Below, one piece after another: positions 48,112 to 56,799 of a stretch of 64,000 bases of DNA. The position numbers and the translations under genes were made by a program. This DNA is from Candidatus Cryptobacteroides sp. (GTDB lineage Bacteria > Bacteroidota > Bacteroidia > Bacteroidales > UBA932). The stretch lies in the NCBI GenBank assembly GCA_051870255.1, contig JBJEBR010000064.1, positions 15,642 to 79,641 on the forward strand, given 5' to 3'. Positions within the stretch are counted from its first letter, which is position 1. Each line of letters begins with the position of its first letter. The notes under the pieces were generated by a model. The model made no database searches, was not told the origin of the DNA, and was given only the letters and a program-made list of their open reading frames with translations.

Positions 48112-49391
48112 TACTTCAAGTCTTTATAGTCAGTGTCAATAACTTTGATTATGTGTTTTGCAAGCGGGAGGGAAATCAGCTGGATTGCGCCAACGATGAG
48201 CAGGGCGTAACGCAGTGCCGAATCCTCTGAGAAAACAGCGGCAATCACGATGAAGAGGAGCATTCCGAGAGCCCTTCCTGCGAAGAGGCCCAGCTCATGG
48301 GAAAGTATGTATGTGTATCCGTCCCTCTTCTCAATTGCCGAAACAGTGTCGATTGTCTTCATCATGGTTGGATAATATGCCAGGTCATGGATCGGCTGGA
48401 AGAAGATTTTGCAGATGATGAAGATATATGCTCCGGCTGCGGAGAAAAGAATGCTGTTTGCAAGACAGCCTGCAAAGAAGACGAAGAGTCCGGTACCGAA
48501 TATTGCCATCCTGTGCTGCGGTTTGGCAACACGGCCGAGGACATACACTATTACAGCCGTAAGCGCTCCTCCTATGCCCTGGATGAGGCCGAGTTCACCC
48601 TCTCCGCCAATGAACTTGAGGATGAGGATTGACGGCGCCGTCACAAGAAAGCCCTGAACCATACCCTTGAGCGAGGCGAGTGAAAGCATCTCGTTCCACA
48701 GCTTGTGGAATTTGACATGGAAGAAATTCTTGCTTTCAGGCTGCTTGAAATCTCCCCTTGAAAGTGCCACGCATGCGAGGACGGAGATGACCAGCGCACA
48801 CACGGTGACTATCTGGTAGCCGTTCTGGATGTTGAGCGTATGTCCGAATACCACTGCTCCGTCAACATTGGCTAACAGAGCACCGACAGCCACCGGTATT
48901 ACAATGTTCCAGAATGAGAAGAAGAAAGACTCGAAACCGAAGAAGTAGTTCCTGCCCTCGTCATTGGTCGAATAGAGGGTAAGAAGGTAACGGTTGGTCC
49001 AGAAGAAACCTGTTGTAAGACCAAGGAGAAAGCCGGTTCCGCATATCATTGTGGTGTTCACATTCTTTATGAACATCATTATCATCAGCGCCACGGCAGA
49101 AAACAGGATACCGAAACTGTATAGCACCTTCACATTGATTTTCTTGAGAAGCATGCCGTTTACCACGGCAGAAAGGGCGACACCGATATACATGCACAGC
49201 TGATAGACAATCACCATTGATGCGGCTCCTGTGTTGCGCATGATGTATGCTCCGGCAAAGATTTCCACAATCGGGAGAACCATCGCAAAGAGAAGGTTGG
49301 TCACAAGCAAGGTCTTTACAGCCTTCGGCTGTGAAAGAAAGAATTTAATTTCACCAGTTCCTTTCATCCCGATATTATTTAAGGCTCGCAA
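48111..49391 (-). CDS. MFS transporter (probable oligosaccharide importer)
   Basis: About 12 TM segments, GLTTGFFWTNR; coupled to the GH130 and paralog 1 genes. Confidence 0.82.
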   Translation of the reverse strand: MRALNNIGMKGTGEIKFFLSQPKAVKTLLVTNLLFAMVLPIVEIFAGAYIMRNTGAASMVIVYQLCMYIGVALSAVVNGMLLKKINVKVLYSFGILFSAVALMIMMFIKNVNTTMICGTGFLLGLTTGFFWTNRYLLTLYSTNDEGRNYFFGFESFFFSFWNIVIPVAVGALLANVDGAVVFGHTLNIQNGYQIVTVCALVISVLACVALSRGDFKQPESKNFFHVKFHKLWNEMLSLASLKGMVQGFLVTAPSILILKFIGGEGELGLIQGIGGALTAVIVYVLGRVAKPQHRMAIFGTGLFVFFAGCLANSILFSAAGAYIFIICKIFFQPIHDLAYYPTMMKTIDTVSAIEKRDGYTYILSHELGLFAGRALGMLLFIVIAAVFSEDSALRYALLIVGAIQLISLPLAKHIIKVIDTDYKDLK

Positions 49392-50421
49392 GAATTTCCT
49401 TGATTGAGAACTCAGCGCTGCATATTACCTCGTCAGATGCTCCATAGAATATTCTGACCGTATCATCATCAATCAGATACTGCCCGTTGGTGAAAACGAC
49501 ATTTCCGAAGAAACCTGTCTTCTCATAGTCGGCTATCGGCTCCATTATAGGTTCTTCGCTGCGTGCAAGGACTTTCGTAGGGTCATTGATATCGAGAAGA
49601 AGTGCGCCGAGGCAGTAGCGGTTTTCCGCATTGGCTCCATGATATATTTCAAGCCACCCTTCTTCCGTTCTTATAGGGGCGGCACCGGCGCCTACGCGGG
49701 TACAGTCCCATTTTCCCGGACGGGTAGTCGCAATGCAGACATGTTTGCCCCAGTGGATTCTGTCGGGTGATTCTGCCACCCAGATGTAATTGCCGCCAAG
49801 TTCCGGACTGCTCGGTCTGTGGAACGCATAATATTTGTCACCGATTTTCTCCTCGAACAATGCACAATCCTTGTTGTGAGGTGGGAAAATCATACCATGA
49901 CGGGTGATTGTCCTGAAATCCTTCGTTTCAATCAGGCCGACTCCGACGGCTACCGGTGAGACTTCCGTGAAAGTGAGGAAGAATCCGTCCTCAGTTGTCG
50001 CCACCCTGCAGTCCTCGATACCGAAAGACTCCTGGAAGCCCGCTCCGAAGATAGGCTTGATCTCAGGGTCCTCATAGAAGTGGACGTCATCGTCGCTGCA
50101 TACAGGACGGAGATAGGAAAGGGTCGTAAGATAGTTCTGCCCCTTGTAATTGATTACACGTGCATCTGAAGCATCAAGAGAAGGATCATCCTTGTCAAAA
50201 CAGAGCACCTCAATTTCCCCTTTGTCATTATAGATAGGGAAACTGATTTTTCCTTCCTGCTGGAGGGGCCTTTCGGCGACACGCAACAGAAGCCATGTCT
50301 TGCCGTTCATCTTGAATACACCGGGGTTCAGAAGGCAGGTAATTTCCATACCTGGGATGCATGCCTTCAGATCAGAAGGGCGGAGAATTGGATTATTCTC
50401 ATTTCTTTTTGCAATATCCAT
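49375..50421 (-). CDS. GH130 mannoside phosphorylase (beta-1,2-oligomannan phosphorylase-like), cytoplasmic
   Basis: LLNPGV..LLLRVAERP, YLTTLSYLR, FGIEDCRV, HNKD, HRP, RVGAGAAPI, YHGA, GFFGNVVF. True start MDIAKR at 50421; no signal peptide. Confidence 0.9.
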   Translation of the reverse strand: MDIAKRNENNPILRPSDLKACIPGMEITCLLNPGVFKMNGKTWLLLRVAERPLQQEGKISFPIYNDKGEIEVLCFDKDDPSLDASDARVINYKGQNYLTTLSYLRPVCSDDDVHFYEDPEIKPIFGAGFQESFGIEDCRVATTEDGFFLTFTEVSPVAVGVGLIETKDFRTITRHGMIFPPHNKDCALFEEKIGDKYYAFHRPSSPELGGNYIWVAESPDRIHWGKHVCIATTRPGKWDCTRVGAGAAPIRTEEGWLEIYHGANAENRYCLGALLLDINDPTKVLARSEEPIMEPIADYEKTGFFGNVVFTNGQYLIDDDTVRIFYGASDEVICSAEFSIKEILASLK

Positions 50422-50455
50422 ATTTTGTTGTGTTTTAGTGTCTGTGGAACGGTGG

Positions 50456-50526
50456 CAAAGGTATAATGTCACGCCCCTGCCATGGTGTACATTTTTTTCA
50501 AAGAGGTGTACTTTTTTATATCTTTG
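50456..50526. promoter_or_regulatory. Divergent PUL/HTCS promoters with phased direct repeat
   Basis: Minus TACCTTTG 50456-50463; plus TATCTTTG 50519-50526; GGTGTAC(A)TTTTTT at 50484 and 50505. Confidence 0.75.
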
Positions 50527-50540
50527 CAAAAAAGTGTACC

Positions 50541-53500
50541 ATGAAAGCGTATCTGAAATTGTTCTTTTTAATTTCAGCATTCTTCCTGCCGGTCTGTATG
50601 AAAGCCGACATCAGTTATCTCTCAAACAGGGACGGTCTGTCCAACAGCAGCGTCATCTGCATATATCAGGACAGCCAGGGATTCATGTGGTTCGGCACAT
50701 GGGACGGCCTGAACAGGTATGACGGGCGCCAGTTTGACATATACAGGCCGACTCTCGAGGACAATTCCATAAGCAGCAGCATCGTCAGGGATGTCATAGA
50801 AGACAGGGAGCACAACCTGTGGGTCGTCAGTGACCGTGGTATCGACCGTTTCGACAGGCAGAGAAACACTTTCAAAAGATATTTTTCCGACATAGCCCGC
50901 CTCGGACTCAAAGGGGAAAGGTCATTTTTCCTCAGCTGCGACTCAAGCGGTCAGGTCCTGGCGACAGTGTCCGGATACGGAGAATTCATATATGACATGA
51001 AGACTGACTCATTCAGGCAGGTTTCCGCCACTCCGGTTTCAGTGAAATATCAGGATTTTGATTTTACCTCAAAATTATGGACAAGGACGGATACTGAACT
51101 TACGGACGGAGATAATTCATATCATGATATCGAATTCTCCCAATTGAACCGGGAAGGGAACATAATCTGGGTGAAATACAGGGACAGCCATTCCCTGACG
51201 GGGATAGATGTAAAGAGCGGCACGGCAATGGCAGACATCCCTCTTCCTGGCGATGCCGGGAAAATCCAGTGTACAGAGGAATGGGAAGGATATGTATATG
51301 TCGGATTCAGTGAAGGTCTGTACCGGTTCTCTCCTGAAGGCTGCTCGGTGGAAATCCGGGGCGTTTCAATCCTTTCACTTTTCGGGCAGGATCAGATACT
51401 GTGGGTCGGTACGGACATGGACGGTCTCATTGTAATCAGCGAGAAGGAAAAACTGTTCAAATCCCTGACCTCCGACCGATGTCCGGCATTTTCAAACGCG
51501 GCTGTCCGGTCATTCTATCAGGAAACCCCTTCACTCATGTGGGTCGGGACAAAAGGTAACGGGCTTGTTCTGACGGACCTGCCCTCAGGCAGGGTGATCG
51601 AGTCTTTGGGGACAGCCAACGGACTGCCGGACAACAATGTGTATTCGTTATGCGAGGGTGATGAAATCGTATGGGTCGGAACCGACGGCGACGGGCTATA
51701 TTACATTGACAAGAAGCATCATGGCGTACACCGGCTCATCACTCCTGCTGAAGTGAAAATCAAGTCGGTATATGCGATTCTGCAGAGCGAGAGGAATGTC
51801 TTGTGGGTCGGGACCAGCGGATACGGTCTTTACCGTCTCACAATATCAAGGAGGAAGAATGACGATTACGAGGTGGTCTCATACCAGCATTTCTCAAAGG
51901 GAAACGGTCTGGAATCGGATATAATATATGCTTTGGGCAAGGATAAAGGAGGCCTGATATGGGTAGGCAGCAGAGGCGGAGGAATCAGGAATTTTAGTTA
52001 TGACGGATGTCCGGTTGAAATCGCCGTACAGCCTGAATATGAGGATGCCCTGAAAGAAATGACATGCATCCATGTATCGGAACAGGGTACGGTATGGATG
52101 GGGACAAGCCTTGGAGTATTCAGCTATATGGACGGCGAATTCGAACGACTGGACTCAAGGTATATCGCAGGAAGCAGCGTACACGGGATCATCGAGGACA
52201 TCAACGGCATGCTGTGGGTGAGCACAAACAACGGTCTGGTCCGGATTGACCGGACACGGCACCCTCTCGCCGAGACAAAATATGCAGTCGAGGACGGCCT
52301 GCAGAACAATGAGTTCTCCGACGGCGCCTTCTACCGGAGTCCCTACAACAATGAACTGTTCTTCGGAGGCATTTCCGGATTCAGCCATTTCAATTCTTTC
52401 CTTACAGGCAATTCGTCAGTTTTTCCGCCAATGAACATCAAATATGTGATGATTGACAATCAGAGGTCATACGACAGCCTTACGGAAAAGAACGGCAAAC
52501 TCGAACTCGTGATAGAACCGGGACACAAGACCCTGACCCTGGAATTCGCGACAATGGATTATCTGTCTGCGGAAAAATGCGAGTTATCCTATATGCTTGA
52601 GGGATATACCGACGGATGGGTGTACCTCGGGACTTCAATGAACATTGCATTCTCGAATCTCTCTCATGGTGATTACACTCTCAAGGTCAGGCATTCCAAT
52701 TCCGACAAACTCTGGAGTGATGACATCTATTCGATGGACATACGGGTCCTGCCGCAATGGTATGAGACCCTCTGGGCCAAGATGGCCTTCGCGGCGGCCA
52801 TATCCATTGCCTTAATCCTATTTATTGTAGGAATACAATCGCGGCGCCGTGCAAAGAAGATGGCTCAGGAAGAGGAAGCCCAACGGCAGAAGACAAACGA
52901 AATCCATGAAGCCAAACTGCGTTTCTTCACCAACATCGCCCATGAGTTCTCCAACTCCCTGACCCTCATCTACGGTCCGTGCAAAGAGATGCAGAAAATG
53001 AATTCCCTGCCTCCGAAAGGCAGGAAATACCTTGACTACATAGCAACCAACAGTTCGCGTATGCTCGGCCTGATCCAGCAGCTGATTGATTTCAGGAAGG
53101 CCGAAACGGACCATCTGAGCATACATCCCGAAGAAGTGGACATAAACGCCCTTGTAGAGCGCACGGAAAACTATTTTAAAGGGAAGATGGAGGAAAAGTC
53201 CATCAGGCTCGTTACGGACATCCGTTCGGATGACATCAAATGGGTGACAGACCTCGACAGCATCGAAAAGATTTTCTTCAACCTGCTTTCCAACGCGACG
53301 AAATATACGCCTGCCGGCGGACAGATTGACATCATCTGTTTCATCAGCGACGGCAAGCTGACGGTAGAGGTCAGGAACACAGGCCTGGGCATACCCCAGG
53401 AAAAACTCGATGCCATATTCGACAGGTTCGAGGTTCTCGACAGGTTCGAATCCAACATAAAGAAGGGAAAGATCAGCAACGGCATTGGTCTGTCCCTGTG

Positions 53501-54482
53501 CAAGACTCTTGTGGAAATCATGAACGGAAACATCTGGGTGGAAAGTGACGGCAGCACCTATGCCTCCTTCATTTTTTCGCTTCCGATGCTTCAGGCGGAT
53601 GAGAAGCCGAACGATTTTGTAAAACCGTCCATCTTCGAGCTCGACACGACTGCGGACCAGGAAGAGGAGCCCGGGGCAGAAAGGGCTTCACGGGCGACAA
53701 GCGGGAAAAGAATCCTCATTGTGGACGATGACGAGAATCTCAGGCATTTCGTAACGGACCTTCTTTCTGACAAATACGTGATGCTGGAAGCAGGCGACGG
53801 TCTTGAAGGTCTGGAATGTATCCAGAAAAATTTGCCTGACCTGGTGATATCTGATGTATCCATGCCTCAGATGGACGGTTTCCAGCTGCTCAAGAGGGTG
53901 AGGCAGGACAAGGCTCTGGAGCATATTCCCATTGTCCTGCTGACATCAAGCAATTCCGACGACAGCAAGAGGATGGGACTTGACCACGGTGCGGATGCCT
54001 TCATCAGCAAGCCTTTCAGCCCAGACATTCTCCTGTCGCTCATTTCCAACAAACTTGGCCGCGACGAGGCAATCCTGAGATATACCAATTCTCCATACAG
54101 CGCAATGGACAGATTCAGAGGGATTGAGATGAAGAAGGAGGACAAGGAGGCGCTGACAAAGATGACCGACATCATCCAGAAACACATTGACAGCGAGAGC
54201 CTTTGCATGGATTTCATAGCGGATGAGATGTCAATGAGCAAGATGAAGCTCTACCGTATGGTGAAATCGTGCCTTGGAACCACGCCAGTGGAATACATCA
54301 AGACACTGCGTCTGGAAAAAGCGGCAAAACTGCTGGTCGGGACCTCACAGACCGTCCAGCAGATAATGTATGAATGCGGATTCAACACCAAGACCTATTT
54401 CTACAGGGAATTCGACAAGAAATACGGCTGCACTCCGAAACAATACAGGGATGAAGCCAAGGAAAACATTCACAACGAATAA
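50541..54482 (+). CDS. Hybrid two-component sensor/regulator (HTCS)
   Basis: Beta-propeller repeats (GLSNSSV, MWFGTWDGLNRYDG), Y_Y_Y, TM, FFTNIAHEF (HisKA), NLLSNATKYT, GIGLSL, receiver (ISDVSMPQMDG), AraC HTH. Start at MKAYL (50541). Confidence 0.97.
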   Translation: MKAYLKLFFLISAFFLPVCMKADISYLSNRDGLSNSSVICIYQDSQGFMWFGTWDGLNRYDGRQFDIYRPTLEDNSISSSIVRDVIEDREHNLWVVSDRGIDRFDRQRNTFKRYFSDIARLGLKGERSFFLSCDSSGQVLATVSGYGEFIYDMKTDSFRQVSATPVSVKYQDFDFTSKLWTRTDTELTDGDNSYHDIEFSQLNREGNIIWVKYRDSHSLTGIDVKSGTAMADIPLPGDAGKIQCTEEWEGYVYVGFSEGLYRFSPEGCSVEIRGVSILSLFGQDQILWVGTDMDGLIVISEKEKLFKSLTSDRCPAFSNAAVRSFYQETPSLMWVGTKGNGLVLTDLPSGRVIESLGTANGLPDNNVYSLCEGDEIVWVGTDGDGLYYIDKKHHGVHRLITPAEVKIKSVYAILQSERNVLWVGTSGYGLYRLTISRRKNDDYEVVSYQHFSKGNGLESDIIYALGKDKGGLIWVGSRGGGIRNFSYDGCPVEIAVQPEYEDALKEMTCIHVSEQGTVWMGTSLGVFSYMDGEFERLDSRYIAGSSVHGIIEDINGMLWVSTNNGLVRIDRTRHPLAETKYAVEDGLQNNEFSDGAFYRSPYNNELFFGGISGFSHFNSFLTGNSSVFPPMNIKYVMIDNQRSYDSLTEKNGKLELVIEPGHKTLTLEFATMDYLSAEKCELSYMLEGYTDGWVYLGTSMNIAFSNLSHGDYTLKVRHSNSDKLWSDDIYSMDIRVLPQWYETLWAKMAFAAAISIALILFIVGIQSRRRAKKMAQEEEAQRQKTNEIHEAKLRFFTNIAHEFSNSLTLIYGPCKEMQKMNSLPPKGRKYLDYIATNSSRMLGLIQQLIDFRKAETDHLSIHPEEVDINALVERTENYFKGKMEEKSIRLVTDIRSDDIKWVTDLDSIEKIFFNLLSNATKYTPAGGQIDIICFISDGKLTVEVRNTGLGIPQEKLDAIFDRFEVLDRFESNIKKGKISNGIGLSLCKTLVEIMNGNIWVESDGSTYASFIFSLPMLQADEKPNDFVKPSIFELDTTADQEEEPGAERASRATSGKRILIVDDDENLRHFVTDLLSDKYVMLEAGDGLEGLECIQKNLPDLVISDVSMPQMDGFQLLKRVRQDKALEHIPIVLLTSSNSDDSKRMGLDHGADAFISKPFSPDILLSLISNKLGRDEAILRYTNSPYSAMDRFRGIEMKKEDKEALTKMTDIIQKHIDSESLCMDFIADEMSMSKMKLYRMVKSCLGTTPVEYIKTLRLEKAAKLLVGTSQTVQQIMYECGFNTKTYFYREFDKKYGCTPKQYRDEAKENIHNE

Positions 54483-55477
54483 AGCCTGCCCTGGAATGTA
54501 TTTCGTTCCGACAGGCGCCTGTCCAGCAGGCGGAGGAGTTCGACATTGCGGATGAGGCCCCAGGGAGTGGAGTTCACGAAGCGTGGCGGGACTTCTCCGG
54601 CGAAGCGTTCTATGAAAAGGTCGGGGCGGAGGCGCTCAAGCATGTCCACGAAGAAATCTATGTATTCATCGAGGGCGAAGCGTTCGAAATCCTGAGGACA
54701 TTCGGCGAATTCCTTTTCCATCCGGGTGCCCTTGACTATCTGAAGCTGATGGAATTTGGCTGACAGAATCGGCAACTCGTTTATCAGGGCACATTCCTCA
54801 AGCATCATCTGCCGGCTTTCGCCAGGCAGGCCGAGGATGAAATGCGCACCCATGTCGATGCCCCTTTCCGCCGTCATTGCCGCCGCCCTGCGGGCCGTAG
54901 CGAAATCATGCCCACGGTTGACCCGCTCCAAGGTCCTGTCATAGCACGATTCCACGCCATATTCCACAATCACCACCGGAGCCGTCCTCTCCACACCCTC
55001 GCCATTCTCTCCGGAGAGGGTCCTGCGCCACCGTGGCATTTGAGTACCGTCGGCAAGCGAGGCTATGAAATCAAGTTTCCTCTCGTCCACACAGTCAGGA
55101 CGCGTCCCGATGACGATTCCCACGACAGAAGGATGCGAGAGGGCTTCGAGATACAGTTCACGAAGCCTTTCCAAAGGGGCGTATGTATTGGAAAATGACT
55201 GGAAATACGCAAGATAATGCTCTGTCGTCCTGTAGCGGACACGGTGGAATTCGATGCCCTCGTTTATCTGCTGGTGGAGACTCTTGCCGGATGTGCTGTA
55301 TGCCGGATGGAATGCGGCATTGTCGCAGAACGCACACCCTCCCCTGCCGACCATGCCGTCCCTGTTTGGGCATGTAAAACCGGCATCGATCACGATTTTC
55401 TGAAGGCGTTCGCCGTATTTCTGTCTGAAATAGCCTACAAATGAGTTATATCTTTTGTCGTTTGGGAACATCAGCAT
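54470..55477 (-). CDS. TIGR01212 (YhcC-like) radical SAM protein
   Basis: DAGFTCPNRDG, GGCAFCDN, YFQSFSNTY, GTRPDC, HFILGLPGE. Confidence 0.9.
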   Translation of the reverse strand: MLMFPNDKRYNSFVGYFRQKYGERLQKIVIDAGFTCPNRDGMVGRGGCAFCDNAAFHPAYSTSGKSLHQQINEGIEFHRVRYRTTEHYLAYFQSFSNTYAPLERLRELYLEALSHPSVVGIVIGTRPDCVDERKLDFIASLADGTQMPRWRRTLSGENGEGVERTAPVVIVEYGVESCYDRTLERVNRGHDFATARRAAAMTAERGIDMGAHFILGLPGESRQMMLEECALINELPILSAKFHQLQIVKGTRMEKEFAECPQDFERFALDEYIDFFVDMLERLRPDLFIERFAGEVPPRFVNSTPWGLIRNVELLRLLDRRLSERNTFQGRLYSL

Positions 55478-55643
55478 CAGTAATTTATATCAGGCATGCA
55501 AAGATACAATTCTTAGATTAATAAATAAAGTTTCGCAAGCGGCACAACCTTCAGGATCTGAATTACATATCACTCGCGAAACTTTAATGAATAATTGCTA
55601 TATTCGCACGGCCAAACTGAAACTAATGGACAACCAAAATATT

Positions 55644-56618
55644 ATGTATCCTCTTAAATTCAAAAACATTTTCAAGTCCGTCGTATGGGGCGGCGAAAAG
55701 ATAGCTCCTTTCAAGGGAGTAAAGACAGAACAGAAGAACATCGGCGAAAGCTGGGAACTCTCAGGTGTCAAAGGAAATGAGTCAGTCGTAGCAGAGGGCC
55801 CGCTTGCAGGCAGGACAATCACCTCTCTCGCCGAGGAGTACAAGGGCAGCCTGCTTGGAGAGAAGGTCTATGCCGCCACCGGTACCGAATTCCCTCTTCT
55901 TATAAAGTTCATCGATGCACGCGATGACCTCTCGATTCAGGTTCATCCTGACGATAAGCTCGCGGCAGAAAGGCACAACGGCTCGAAAGGCAAGACAGAG
56001 ATGTGGTATGTAGTACAGGCTGATGAGAAGGCCCACCTGATGTCAGGCCTCAGCAAAGAAATCACGCCTGAGGAATATGCCGCCAAAGTTGCCGACAATA
56101 CTGTAACGGAGGTGCTCCACGACTACGATGTCCATGCAGGCGACGTATTCTTCCTGCCGGCAGGACGCATCCACAGCATCGGGAAAGGCTGTTTCATCGC
56201 AGAAATCCAGCAGACATCCGACATCACTTACAGAATCTACGACTTCGGAAGGGTCGGACTTGACGGCAAGCCGCGCGAGCTTCATACAGAACTCTCGAAG
56301 GCAGCCATCGACTATACCGTCCTGCCAGACTACAGGACCTCATACGAAAACAGGAAGGATCAGGAGAACGTCCTGGTTGACTGCAACTACTTCACGACAA
56401 GCCTTTATGATATCGACAAGGAGGTTACCAAGGACATGAGCGGGCTCGACTCATTCGTAATTGCCATCTGCATCGACGGTTCTGGTTCCCTGACAGACTC
56501 CGAGGGCAATGCAGTCAGCCTCCGTCAGGGAGAGACAGTCCTCATTCCGGCTTGTTCCCGCAGATTCACCCTTCAGCCGGAAGGCAGCATGAAGGTGCTT
56601 GCGAGCTACATCAGGTAG
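55644..56618 (+). CDS. manA: Mannose-6-phosphate isomerase, type I
   Basis: VWGGEKI, GESWELS, FPLLIKFIDA..DLSIQVHPDD, GKTEMWY, GRIHSIG, EIQQTSDITYRIYD. Start moved to MYPLKF (55644), after TATATTCG at 55599. Confidence 0.93.
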   Translation: MYPLKFKNIFKSVVWGGEKIAPFKGVKTEQKNIGESWELSGVKGNESVVAEGPLAGRTITSLAEEYKGSLLGEKVYAATGTEFPLLIKFIDARDDLSIQVHPDDKLAAERHNGSKGKTEMWYVVQADEKAHLMSGLSKEITPEEYAAKVADNTVTEVLHDYDVHAGDVFFLPAGRIHSIGKGCFIAEIQQTSDITYRIYDFGRVGLDGKPRELHTELSKAAIDYTVLPDYRTSYENRKDQENVLVDCNYFTTSLYDIDKEVTKDMSGLDSFVIAICIDGSGSLTDSEGNAVSLRQGETVLIPACSRRFTLQPEGSMKVLASYIR

Positions 56619-56619
56619 A

Positions 56620-56797
56620 TCTCTCCGCGCGCTTCGAATCCGACTGCCGTCGGCTGCTCGCTGCAAAAGCCCACTGGGCTGTTTGCTGACCGCTCACGAG
56701 GTCGAGATGACAAAGACGACCCCATCTCATTACGAGACAGGGTCGTCTTTTTTTGTCATGTCGAGCGAAGTCCCGCAGGGACGAAGTCGAGACATCT
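56620..56797. repeat. Composite intergenic element: structured repeat + terminator nested in REP halves
   Basis: ttcgaatcc, ccgac-tgcc-gtcgg and gcaaaagccc-act-gggctgtttgc hairpins; terminator aaagacgaccc..gggtcgtcttt (56712-56750) flanked by gtcgagatgaca and tgtcatgtcgagcgaag..gtcgagacatct. Confidence 0.7.
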
Positions 56798-56799
56798 GT

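Noticed and set aside
50422-50580. N-terminal extensions in the ORF track (GH130, HTCS, manA, rdgB, queH, tatA, MFS, DUF5689)
   Set aside because: The extensions overlap promoter elements or structured leaders and precede the conserved family N-termini; downstream ATGs were used.
54470-54482. 13-bp tail-to-tail overlap of the HTCS and radical SAM genes
   Set aside because: Short convergent overlaps are common and no further signal was seen.
56630-56645. tRNA gene suggested by TTCGAATCC
   Set aside because: No acceptor, D or anticodon arms in register.
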